Shown here: positions 10,885 to 21,851 of the stretch, piece after piece | Layout: each line of letters begins with the position of its first letter | Position numbering within the stretch: the first letter of the stretch is position 1 | NCBI GenBank assembly: GCA_000934665.2 | Contig: KZ538195.1 | Location: forward strand, 62,001 to 103,822 | From: Catajapyx aquilonaris | Taxonomy: Eukaryota | Direction: 5' to 3' | Length of the DNA: 41,822 nt | The notes under the pieces: generated by a model | The model's input: the letters and a program-made list of their open reading frames with translations, nothing else | Told to the model about the DNA's origin: nothing | The model's database searches: none | Translations under genes and position numbers: made by a program

Positions 10885-11810
10885 GAGGGCGGATCAGAAA
10901 GTAAATGACAACTTTTTTTTCACGGCTATTCTTTATCGCACTCAAATACTACATGGTACATATGAAAGCTGAACTCTCTCACTACTTCTCAACATAATTT
11001 CCATGGACATTGAGGCATTTGTCCCACCAATGCACCACTTTGAATATGCCTTCCTCATAAAACGTGTCCGGCTGCATATGGAGCCACTGTCGCACTGACT
11101 TCTGAAGCGAGTCATCGTCTACGAAGTGCGTCCCTGCCAGATGCTTCTTCATTGGACTGAATAAGTGAAAATCACTAGGTGCTAGGTCAGGGCTGTAAGC
11201 AGGGTGTTGAAGCACTTCCCATCCCCATGACACCAATTTCGCTCTGACCCAATTGGTGACATGTGGACGGGCGTTGTCGTGGAGCAGCACGACGTCCGCC
11301 AGTGGCATGGTGGGTCTCTTTTTGCGAATGGTTGAGCGAAGTTTGCTGAGGGTATGGCCGTACACATCCTTCGTGACAGTCATACCCTTTGGAAGGAAGT
11401 CAATGAGCAGCACACGTGCACACCCTCCCAGTCCCAAAAGACTGTCACCATAACTTTTCCCGCTGAGGGCACGGTCTTGAACTTTATTGGCAGTGAAGAA
11501 TTTGTGTGTCGCCATTCCATACTGGACATCTTGCTTTCTGGGACGTAGTGGTGAGCCCAGGCTTCATCACCAGTGACAATTCGTCCCAAGAAACGATTGC
11601 CCTCAACATACCGCACAACACTCCTGTGCTCTATCTTCGTGGACTGCTGCAATACTGCCACCTGGGCCTTGGTGGCACTACCGCTGCACCATTTGTGAAG
11701 TTTATAGTGAAATAGTTCAGCTTTCATATGTAGGCTACCATGTAGTGTTTGAGTGCGATAAAGAATAGCTGTGAAAAAAAAGTTGTCATTTACTTTCTGA
11801 TCGGCCGTCG
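10884..11810 (-). mobile_element. Internally deleted mariner (DD34D) transposon
   Basis: TA|CGAGGGCGGATCAGAAAGTAAATGAC...GTCATTTACTTTCTGATCGGCCGTCG|TA, inserted in an (AAT)n tract. Confidence 0.95.
10982..11680 (-). pseudogene. mariner transposase pseudogene
   Basis: Motifs IVTGDEAW, GKVMVTVFWD, LHDNARPH and HPAYSPDLAPSDFHLF. Frameshift near 11415. HTH region deleted (KIEHRSVVRY joins directly to VEGNRFLGRIVTGDE). Confidence 0.93.
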
Positions 11811-12145
11811 TAATAATAATAATAATAATAATAGGGTTAGTGCACCGCCCATTTTTAATGGGCATCTGGCACGGTACCTTCATTGCTTTTTAAGGTATGC
11901 AAGCTTTTTGTTGGTCCTTTTCTGTAATGCCCGGGTACCGCGAGTGAGGGAAGGGTGACTGGGGGGGATGTGCAATGTCTCAAACAGTACATTTTGTGAA
12001 CTCCTCCGGGTGGATTAGTCTGTCGGAGATTCCAGAGACGACTCAACTCTGCACGAGATGAAGGGAGGCAAGCCCGGGCTTGGGATCAAACCCGAGACCC
12101 TTACATCTGTGGGCGCACATGTTACCGCAGCGCCACTCCTCCCCC
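11811..12145 (-). mobile_element. tRNA-derived SINE with (ATT)n tail (tail continues at 10825-10883 beyond the mariner)
   Basis: Minus-strand head GGGGAGGAGTGGCGCTGCGG (A box) ... GGTTTGATCCC (B box); the 3' end runs into ATT repeats. Confidence 0.7.
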
Positions 12146-12385
12146 TTAATTTTTATGCATGAGCAGTTTCCTTACAGCAGTACCTGGATAGTTAAGCTTA
12201 GTTTGCTTGCTAAACAAACACAGGTTGGTGCTATTCCCCAGTCCCCAGATCATGATACAGGAAGTTATGCTTTGTTTAATACGGCCATACGGTATCGTAT
12301 CATCTAGTCATCACTAGCTACCCTTTCACAGAACATTGCCATGATGCTTGTATGTACGTGTGTATGGGCGTGTGTATAAATTTAA

Positions 12386-12631
12386 GGTACATTTCAGTTT
12401 CTGGATCGCCACTATGAATTTTTTCTGGAATGGCCCTCCTGCAAAAGGAGTAAGCATTGTCAAGAATAGGAAACTCTCTTCTGTTAGAATTGTTCTATTT
12501 TTGACACTGTTAACTCCTCCTTCTGCATGACAACATCTCCATGGAAATTTGAAGAGAGAAGTTGACTATAACAGAAGAGAGGGCAATTCCAGAAAATATC
12601 CATAGTGGCGATCAGGACAGAGAAAAGTACC
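12386..12631. mobile_element. Old MITE with about 50-bp imperfect TIRs
   Basis: GGTACATTTC...GATCGCCACTATGAATTTTTTCTGGAATGGCCCTC pairs with GAGGGCAATTCCAGAAAATATCCATAGTGGCGATC...AAAAGTACC. Confidence 0.65.
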
Positions 12632-12944
12632 AAATATAAAAGAGTAGTGTGCTTATAAAAAGGCTTCAAACAATCATGACCAGTGTTTCTCTTTCTTACT
12701 TTCTTTTTTACATCCATGATCCACCTGGAGGGAGTTTGCAGAGAGGACCGCCGAGTGCACATCGAAAACCATTAAGACTAAACCATCAAAACCCAGAACA
12801 TAGAACTTGGAAACCTGTTTTCATGCTGGTAATATAGAAATAGTTCTGAATGCAGTTCACCCAGTTCTGGAACTTAAAAACATGCTTCGATGGTAACATG
12901 TAAACTAAGCCAATGTTTACGATCATATGGAACTAAGGAATCTA

Positions 12945-13361
12945 CAGGGTGGATCCGCTAACTCTGGCAAAAATCACAGGGTCAGTAGAGGCCCCATCGG
13001 CAAGTATTTTGAGCTTCGGTACCCATGTTCGGAAATGCCCCCGTACGGGGGTACGGCCGTTTCCACCTTTGGTCTGTTGCGCCTGGTGGGTAGGCAACCC
13101 ATTGTACTTGAAGGTTGCATTCATCAGGTTTTGCACTTGACACTCGCAATTATTGCGAATGTCAAGCGCAAAACCTGATGAACGCCTGCAAGTCTCGAGT
13201 ACGATGGGTTGCCTACCCACCAGGCGCAACATACTAAAGGTGGAAACGACCGTACCCCCGTACGGAGGCATTTCCGGACATGGGTACCTAAGCTCAAAAT
13301 ACTTGCCTATGGGGCCTCGAGCCACCCTGTGACTTTTGCCAGAGTTAGCGGATCCACCCTG
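12945..13361. mobile_element. Tc1/mariner-type fold-back MITE
   Basis: TA|CAGGGTGGATCCGCTAACTCTGGCAAAA...TTTTGCCAGAGTTAGCGGATCCACCCTG|CA; palindromic throughout; distantly related to the 489-1098 family (GGCAAGTATTTT...CGGAAA.GCC). Confidence 0.9.
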
Positions 13362-14332
13362 CATAATTTATGTTCCCAATGTGATATTATAACTCCCCAC
13401 CCCAAGGGTTCTTGCATGGCAAAATATCATTGTGATATGCAAGCAGAGCGAAAAAAAAAAAAAAAAACTCATGTTTCTTATCAATATTTCTGTGACAAAA
13501 TACTCCTACAAGAAGGGGAAGGGTCTAAAATAATATTGGGAGGGGGAGGGGGGGGTGCATGGGTGAAAGGCTAAGAAAGGGCAGTGAAGGGGGTGAGAAA
13601 CGGGTGCCAAAACCCATACATGAATCGTTTCTCTCCACAAATCTGCCTTCTCGGGCTATGACCTAATGTTGCCTTAGGGATAACTAACTGCAAAACCCAT
13701 TCTTCGCACAGCCTGTTGCCATGGTTTTGTAAACATCAATCAATCACTGTTGATACCATGTCACTATTAATAATGGTGATTGTCACTGTTGCCATAGTAT
13801 TGATGGGTGTTTCGAGTATGTGGGTTGCTTTAGTTATTGGAAATTTCCTGATCCACGTGCCCAATACTACAGCAATTGCTATGTTCGACCACTTAAGAAA
13901 AATTGGGCACCTGGATCCTGGCACAACAAGCCACACTAAACTACTTTGAACAATATTAGTGATAACAAAAAAAAAAAAACAACTGATGCTTGGAATACCC
14001 TGTATACAAGTTTCACTGTACTAACCAATCACAAATAACCTTACTGGAACTAATTTCAGCATCTCACGACATACAAGATGCCACCTTACAACACCAATTC
14101 ACTATCCTGCCAAGGCCGTAACTACAACATGTGATTAGAGCAAGTGTTGTTCATATGCTTGCATTAGACCACTGCTACTGGACAAGTGACAACATCATTG
14201 CACACTACAGTTGTGACTTTTTAAGAATAGCAGAATGGGTATTGCATGGTTTTCCACACGTCCTTTGCCCAGGTGAAAGTACTCCAGACCCTTCCGTAAG
14301 AGACACAAGTGTGGACTCATGTGTATTCTCAC

Positions 14333-14462
14333 CAGAGTGTGATCTAGCTGAGACAGCACCACCTCTCCTGCCTCCTCCTGCTCCTCCCCCAGATCCACCT
14401 CCACCTTTCCTCCTGGATCGACGAAGGTAAGAACGGGACGATGCCACTGACGCGCTAGGCAT
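14333..14462 (-). CDS. FBXO11: FBXO11 coding exon 1 (MPSASVASSRSYLRRSRRKGGG...SHS)
   Basis: ATG at 14462. MPSASxxSSRSYxRRSRRKG resembles arthropod FBXO11 N-termini. Donor G|GTGAGA at 14333/14332 is phase 1 and joins in frame to the exon at 9694. Confidence 0.85.
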
Positions 14463-14788
14463 CGTTGATGCTTTGTGCAGCTGACTCAATACTCTCTATT
14501 CCAGTCTGGCTCTTCTCGCCCCTGGCAAGTTCACTGTCGCCGCCGAACTTTCACCATTCGGAGCTACAGCCAGATTGTAATACTAGTATTTCGGGAAGAA
14601 TCAGGCTACAGTCCTGAAATTGTACTGTACACAGAGGTGGCTGCCTCCTCGCAGCTCCCTTTCTTTTCACTGTTCTCAGGAACACTGCCAACCGGGAGCC
14701 ATTTTGATACTCTCTACATGTCTTTTCCCTCCCCCCGACCCTCCTTCTCCCCACCCCCCTTCCTCCTCCTCCCCCCACTTGAGATGCG

Positions 14789-14842
14789 TATCGATAAGCA
14801 ATATCGATATGTATACAGAGGATACGATGCTAACTATCGATA
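14789..14842. promoter_or_regulatory. Cluster of three DRE elements in the FBXO11 promoter
   Basis: Perfect TATCGATA at 14789, 14802 and 14835; a YY1-like CAAAATGGC lies on the minus strand at 14706-14698. Confidence 0.7.
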
Positions 14843-17800
14843 CAAAGTGTTTTGCACTGATTGTGTTTCCTAGTGCGATTCCGTTGAAAACAAATGCTCA
14901 TTCTTGTCACATACCGTATTGTACGTTGATGAAATAGTCCCTTGGGAGGAAGATTAGTGAGACGAGGGAGAGAATTTCCTAGCATTCATTGAAAACAAGC
15001 AGTTGATACGGAATATTTGCAATACCGACAGATGCATTTCTAAGGGGCGCCCATTGCAGCAGCACGGGATTCAGTAGGAATCTGACGCTTTGGAGCCTTG
15101 GAGTAAACTGGACGCAATTATTTTCTCTTCAAATAAATATTATCGGATAATTAAGGGCCAATTGTACAAAAGATTAGATAAAAACATCTGATTATGCATA
15201 GGTAGGCATACTCGTAATCTTACTGAATCCCGAGTTGGTGCAACCAGTCTTAATTTAAATGTGTGGGTCAATAAACACCACATGTGGGTATGCAGGAGAA
15301 ATCCGCAAAGTACAAAATACCAGATAAGAGGTAATCAAAAGCACAGCAGATTTGACCTTGCACTTGCTTACATGCGAATAATGATCACAGCAAAATTATG
15401 TCTTGCTGGCTCGTTAATCTTGAGGACTAAATGGACTTCACTGGAAGATAGGGCATGTAAAATGTATAAAAGTCAAAACGACAAAATAGGATTATAGAGG
15501 ACTTCTGCATGCCGATGATATTACGGTAATCCTGTGTAGAGATTGATACTGTTGTGTCTAAGGTCGTGTTTTGAAAAGTAATAATGTTTTTTTCTGAGTA
15601 AAATTTTATAATGTTGTTACGTTTTGAGCTCTATTCGTGAAAGTGTTTCCACCTGGTTATGGGTAGAGCCGGCCTTGCCCCACCCCTGTACCTATAGGAT
15701 CTGTCGCGTCATAAACAAATGGGATGGTGATCAGGGATAGAACACATAGGCTCCAAGAATGCTCTCAGTTTAATAACAGTTTCGTACAGGTGCACAGTGG
15801 GAGTCTCACCGAAGTCTCACGTCTCACCGCTCCTGCTGTGCCTTGCAGTTGGCTTGGTCTGGTGAGGTTCCTTCCTGTACGTCTCGGTGGACTCCGCCGA
15901 CGCGACGCTGCGCTGCCTCCCCTCCAAGGGATCAGCGTCGCGGGTGCAGCTTCCCTGTCTTCTGAGTTATTGTTGCTGGACCCACTGGTGGTCTGCTGTC
16001 TCCAGACTTCAACAACTGACTCTACTACTGCTTCAACTACTAGGCTATATTGCCACTGTACTGTAATTACTGTCTACCTCTATGACTGACTCTCTCTCTC
16101 TCTCTTCTCCCCCCTGATGACCTAGTATGCCCAGTATGAATATGTGAAAATCACAACCTGCTCAAGCATTTTCGAGTAATAAGCAATTAAATGTGGCCCC
16201 GGCGACGGGGATAGAGCCCGAATTGGAACGTTCTAAACAAGTAAAGGTTGAGTGACCCATTTGGTAACGCTGCAGCTGTTTACGTTGTTGTTTACAGATC
16301 AAAGCACGGTCTCAGAAGATCAAAGGGTCGTAGGTTCGAGCCTGGTCCGAGACCAGTTTCCATTTTCGTTTTTTTCCCTTCCCATTTCCCCTTTTATTTC
16401 GTATTTTTCGTGTTTTTCTTTGTGTCTTTCTTTTTTACTCCCTTTCTTATGTCTACCAAGTAATTTCTTGACTCTACAACCTACAGAAAACTTTGTTCGA
16501 TTTTTCTTTTCCCTCTCACTCTACTTATAACTACCAGCATAGGCCATTAAAGCATTATTTTAGAGGTAACACTTTTTGGCACTCTGGTCGAAATGTTACG
16601 TCAATTGCTGCCGCAGGTAATCAAGTGCCTGTCCCGTTCCCTAAGTATAGTACTTTATTGTTATGGGAAGTATTAATTTGTAAGTCCCAACCAAGCAGTC
16701 AATAAATCGTACGGGTCATTGCCTCATAGGTCACAAGCCAGTCAGAGACGCGTTAATCTTATAGATCACTGTTCCTGCCTGATTGAAGTGAGCTGCTAAT
16801 AATAAGCACGAATAAAAGGACCGAAGTCAACTTCAACCTCTTCTCAGGGTTTCCGAACAGAAAATTGCTAAAACTATAATGGATACGTATCAGCGGCTGT
16901 AAATGAGGCAATGAAAAGGTAAATAGTCTTGCTGTGTATTAGCATTTCCTCAATATCGAATTATCCAAGTGCGGTTTATTTGTGAGATGCACAAAACAAC
17001 AGTGTCACGGGGAGGTGGTGGAAGTTACAATATATCCAACATTTTCATGTGCACCACGGTTTTGAACTAATACAATATGTACCGTATATGGTTTTACAGT
17101 ATGGTTCATGCTCTCCACACATATTGTTTTAACAATATGTGTGGAGAGCTCAATAAATTATACAGCATATCAGTATATTGTCATTGTGGATTTGTGGCCG
17201 CCACAAGATATACTTAAAAATTCGGGGCCCAGACGAGTGGCAGAGAGGGCGCAGGCGCCCCGCTTCTGTGACTAGGAGAGAAGTCACTCGTCTGGGCCCC
17301 GAATTTGCAGGGCACCCACATTCAGGCTGTTTGTGTCTTTGATTTTCGCTAACGCAGCCGCCGAATCTGCCTTTGATCTCTGCTTCCAGTACTATTCATT
17401 TCTTATAAATGAACCCTACGTTTGACCGCAAATATCTCACGAATTAAAAATCCAAAATATGCATGCAAAGTGTCATTAGAGACCTTGTTTAAATACGTGC
17501 AACATATCTAAGAATGGCCACATTCGCAATGCCATGAAATATTCATGCTCTTCTCTCTCACTTCTCCGCGAAAAGGTGCAAATTGGAGCGAATAATGTAC
17601 GGGATCTCGGCGGGACCCCTGAATCCCCTCCACCCCATTCCCCCCCGTTTTGGAAGGTCCCCGCGACCCCTGCGGGCCGGCTCTGTGCCTTACTACTTGT
17701 AGCCTTTTTTCTCAAGCCCCTCTCCCTTTTCCTATCCTTTAATCCAACAATGAGGTACAGGTGGACAACAATTATGCAATAGCCTACATTTTTTAAGGGG

Positions 17801-19201
17801 GTGTAGCGACCTTGTATATACATCTGACAGCTGGGAACTACCACCACAACAAAGTCATTTACTTGCCGCATCATTCCGTGCACACATCGACACATGCGAA
17901 TATTCAATCTTGTTATTCACATTTATCTTGTCATATCAAACGAAAACATTGGTATTAAATGATATAGAGACATCTCAGGCATAATGTAACACCATGCCAC
18001 AAGTTCTAGGAAATGATCTGGAAGTCTGGAATTGCTGGATGCTTTTGAATATAGCGGTCGATTATATCGAAAAGTAAAAGGAGGTAGTATCGATATTTTC
18101 AAAAGTGACAACCACGATACCTTCCACCCACCATCCCTCCTTGCCTTTTTCCATTGGGCCGGAAGTTGAAGTAGGAGTGGCCAATCAGACGGGAGAGGGA
18201 GAGACATGAGGAGAGGGAGCTTGAGAGAGGGTGTCACGTGACTCATTAGTCATCCCTGCTTACACTCGAAATATAACCCGTAACAACAATTTACATGTAT
18301 ACGCGACAGATTCGGCCATTTTTTTGAGTAATAGGGGGACACTGCTTTATTGTTCATACCGATGCGATGCCCGGAGGGTTCAAATCCCGCCGTCACCTTC
18401 GCTTGGTCAGGTCCTTTTTTTCCGCTTTATTATTTTTGCAGGACAGATTTGCCCCACTCTCTGCCCAGGGCTACGCGAAGACGAGGTAGCCTATACGGCA
18501 TTACCGATTGTCTGAAATCCTTTAGTTTGGCTATATTACGGTATAATAAAATTGCAGCACCAGTATGAGGCTTGAACAATAAAGGTTCGGATGCAATAGG
18601 CAATAGCTGAACAATTATTCAAGTTTTAAAAAGACGGCATGAACTTATCTGCAGGTACACAACAGCGTCCCCTCCTTCCCTCTTATTATTAGCATTGTTT
18701 TGTGACCTTGGAAGAGGCTGTTACATTTTCCCCATATGCCTTCTCAGAAATGCGATGATTGTCCTAACGAAGTATGCGACAATGAACTTCTCACTATACT
18801 TCTAATCAAACTACTACACGAGAGGTATAATTGGTGAAGCTTCGACTGTAATTAAGGGCATTGAACAATATACCCTAGTAACACACGAACGTTCAACGAA
18901 CTTTCAGAAATGTCCATAACCAATACCCTGAATCCCCAGTGCTCGATATCACTGTTCAGTGAACATCCAATGAAAGTTAATCAGTATCATCACTGGACAT
19001 TAGATTTTATGAGTCAAAACACCATATTTATCATGAATTTTGCATTAAAATTTTACTGGACAATGTCAATCTACCATTGCCTTGCATTGATTTCAAGCTT
19101 GAGGATTATTGTGACAGTTGTAACCTCGATGACAGATGGACATTTGTACGGTGCAATTCAGTTCAAGAAGCGCGCACTGTTGCCTCTCCTGCCATCTGCC
19201 C

Positions 19202-19378
19202 TGCGCACGCGCACTTCACCGTGCCGTGCAGTAACAGGATATCTTCACATCACACCATCCCGCTTATAAGGAAACAATTAAATAGGGCCAAGAGCGTCAT
19301 GAAAATCCTGCCGATTTCATACTCTCGTCAAATATCTGCCTCATTGATGATCGTGTGGGAAATGACGTCAGGGAAGTG
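19202..19378 (+). promoter_or_regulatory. RCE1 proximal promoter motifs
   Basis: NRF1/Ewg-type TGCGCACGCGCA at 19202-19213. CRE TGACGTCA at 19363-19370, flanked by GGAAAT and GGAAGT (ETS-like), about 95 bp before the ATG. Confidence 0.55.
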
Positions 19379-19465
19379 CTGCATGCCGTAATCCGCTCTT
19401 GGCTCTTCGAAAAAGAAAGAAAAAAAAAGGGTCAGGCTGCGAAAGAAAAATATAGCAAAGTATCA

Positions 19466-19614
19466 ATGGATGCGGGAGTAGCAGATGATGGCAACAAAGG
19501 CGGCGGTGGTGGCCTAGTCAGTCAGTTACCATGCTTCTTCTCCACCGTGGCTTGCCTTTCATTATCTGTCACATATGTGGCCAGCCTCTATGTGTGGCAG
19601 TCACCGCACAGCAG
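19466..19614 (+). CDS. RCE1: RCE1 (CAAX prenyl protease 2) exon 1
   Basis: Encodes MDAGVADD...CLSLSVTYVASLYVWQSPHSR; YVxSLYVW is the conserved RCE1 N-terminal motif. Donor AG|GTACAA. Confidence 0.9.
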
Positions 19615-20729
19615 GTACAAAGTCATTGTGAGGTGCAGGTATATGCTGGAGTAATTACTTTCATGCCATGTGACAACATGCTACTTGAGTGGTACCATGC
19701 TAGTTAGTGATAGATTGGGTCAACTCCGTGTGGGTAGGAGTCGACCAATGTTGTTTTGATTTGTAACGTCATACATGTAGAGTTAGGGGACAGCAAGTTG
19801 GTTGAGGGAGCCAAAAGCAGCTACTCTGTCATAGGGGAGGGTGAGAGGAAATGGGGGAACTCATACATAACCGATGCAAACATGGAGAGAACCTGTAGAA
19901 ATTCCTACCACTAGAGAATTTGTCCTCTGTCCAGCCTGGGGATCAAATGTGGGGATGGAAGGCTGTCATAACCACTACACCACTGTGTTGTCCCTCGGAG
20001 CTTCCAGTTTTGTGAGGAATTACAAGGTTCTGAATAGCAATGTTGCTTCTGAAAATGGTTAACTGATATGGTAGGTCTGGCATACCTACGTATTTGTGAT
20101 ATTGATTCAGTATGGCGTAATGGATCTGTGAACGCATTTATCTGTCATTCAACAACCTGATGACTGCAGTCCCTGCCACTTAAATGCTGCCTTTAAAATT
20201 GAGGAAGGAACTGCTTCTAGTGAAAAACAGATTCTCTTGAGGTTTTAGTGTGGGTATGGGACTGTCTGATGGCAGCCCAATATAGGAGTGCAACTGACTT
20301 TGTTTTCCACAGCCCGGGTAAATTTTAAAAACATATTGTATATGTAGAGTAAGTATAAAATGCTGCAACATGTTTCAATCATGTCATAAATAGCTGATGT
20401 CTCTCTAGGACAATCTAGTTTTACCGAACCTGTAAGTGTGGAATAATGTGCTGGGAGTTCCTTCATGGTCGTTTCAACTAAATGGCATTGCTGGAAACAA
20501 TGATTTGTCCTGAAATAGTGGAGCATATTGAAGAGAAATTTTGTTTGTATTGTGAGGGAAGGCACTATTGTATCCCTTCAGTGTTGTTCATCTTGGCTTG
20601 AACCATAAAAGGAAAACAGTCAAATGCACACCAGCACACCAGCTTGTGTATTTTAATTATTATTTATCTATTTTGTTGTAATTGAAACAATTACTGAGAT
20701 TTCCACTGCCGTGTTTTGGTTCATTTCAG

Positions 20730-20974
20730 AAACCATCCATCAACGATCAAGAAACGTTTTATCAGCGTCTTTGTGATGATGTTTGTGTCTCCAGCGTTCC
20801 TGTATCTGTTTGCGACAAGAGAGACATTGCGGAAGGGAACTATGCTTGAAATTCTTGGTCTGAAAGTGCAAGGTTGCTTTGCAGCAGTTGTTTTGCCCTT
20901 GCTGTTAACAATGATCCTATTTTTGGGGCCTCTAGTCATGCAAGTCATAAGTGGCATTTGGACTCTGTACTTAG
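20730..20974 (+). CDS. RCE1: RCE1 exon 2
   Basis: Encodes RNHPSTIKKRF...PLLLTMILFLGPL. Acceptor catttcag|, donor G|GTGAGT. Confidence 0.93.
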
Positions 20975-21032
20975 GTGAGTTAACATAATCTAAAAATGAC
21001 AATTTTTTTGCAACTATGTGAAATCATTTCAG

Positions 21033-21200
21033 AGCCAATGCATTGGATCACGTCCTTCCAGAACATGATATGGTTGAGGAATCATCTGGTGGCACCACTC
21101 TCAGAGGAATTTACTTTCAGGGCGTGCATGATGCCACTCTTGTTGCAGTGTTACACACCTGAATGCAGCATTGTAATTTGTCCATTGTTCTTTGGAGTGG
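21033..21200 (+). CDS. RCE1: RCE1 exon 3 (catalytic EExxxR motif)
   Basis: Encodes [24 protein letters not shown]...CPLFFGV. Preceded by a 58-nt intron; donor G|GTAAGT. Confidence 0.95.
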
Positions 21201-21554
21201 GTAAGTCTTGTTTGCTACACTTTGGAATGTGTTGGATTCTGTAGAAGCAATTCCGCGGATTCCTGTAACTAAGGTGTGGTTTGAAGGAAGTATGTCAGAT
21301 TTGCAGCCATTTTGCCTGGAAACCAAAAGTGCTGAATTACTGAGAGGTTTAAGAGTTATTGATGTCACTTGATTTTTCTGCTGTCTCACTTGGTGAAGTC
21401 CATTTAGTTCTAAAGATGATAATGAGCCAGAAAACGCGAATTTTCAGTCTTCATTAGCATGTAAAGAAGGGGAAGGTCTCCTGACTACTCCTTGTTATGG
21501 AAAATTTGTGATGTTTTGATTGATTTAGTATAAGGTTCTTTGAATGGTTTTATT

Positions 21555-21665
21555 CAGGGATGGAAAAAGAACCGCTTCTTTGGGCGGTAAGCGGTTCTTT
21601 TTCTATCCCTGCACATGGAAAAAAGAAGCGCTTCTTGGAAGGAAGCGGTACTTTTTCCATCCCTG
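21555..21665. mobile_element. 111-bp hAT mini-element
   Basis: TIR CAGGGATGGAAAAAG / CTTTTTCCATCCCTG; perfect 8-bp TSD GTTTTATT. Confidence 0.9.
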
Positions 21666-21719
21666 GTTTTATTTTCTGCTCGTAAGCTATACATAGTCAC
21701 AGGTTACATTTAATTACAG

Positions 21720-21851
21720 CTCACTTTCACCACACTCTGGAGCGTGTTAAAAATGGCACTGAATGGAGTAGAGCGCTGTTCATTTCATGCTTCCAGTTCT
21801 CCTACACAACCATTTTTGGTGCCTATTCAGCCTACCTATTTTATCGTACAG
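21720..21851 (+). CDS. RCE1: RCE1 exon 4 (AHFHH motif)
   Basis: Hand translation gives [45 protein letters not shown] (a frame not in the ORF track). Acceptor aattacag|, donor G|GTAAGA. Confidence 0.93.

Noticed and set aside
10598..10972. Poly-Asn and poly-Ile ORFs
   Set aside because: They are translations of the (AAT)n microsatellite and flanking transposons.
13600..14004. Possible Tc1-like remnant ending in ATACCCTGTA
   Set aside because: No matching left TIR or convincing transposase motif was found.
15702..16110. Possible solo LTR starting TGTCGCG, with a 121-aa ORF
   Set aside because: No matching CA end, TSD, PBS or PPT was identifiable, and the ORF is unrecognisable.
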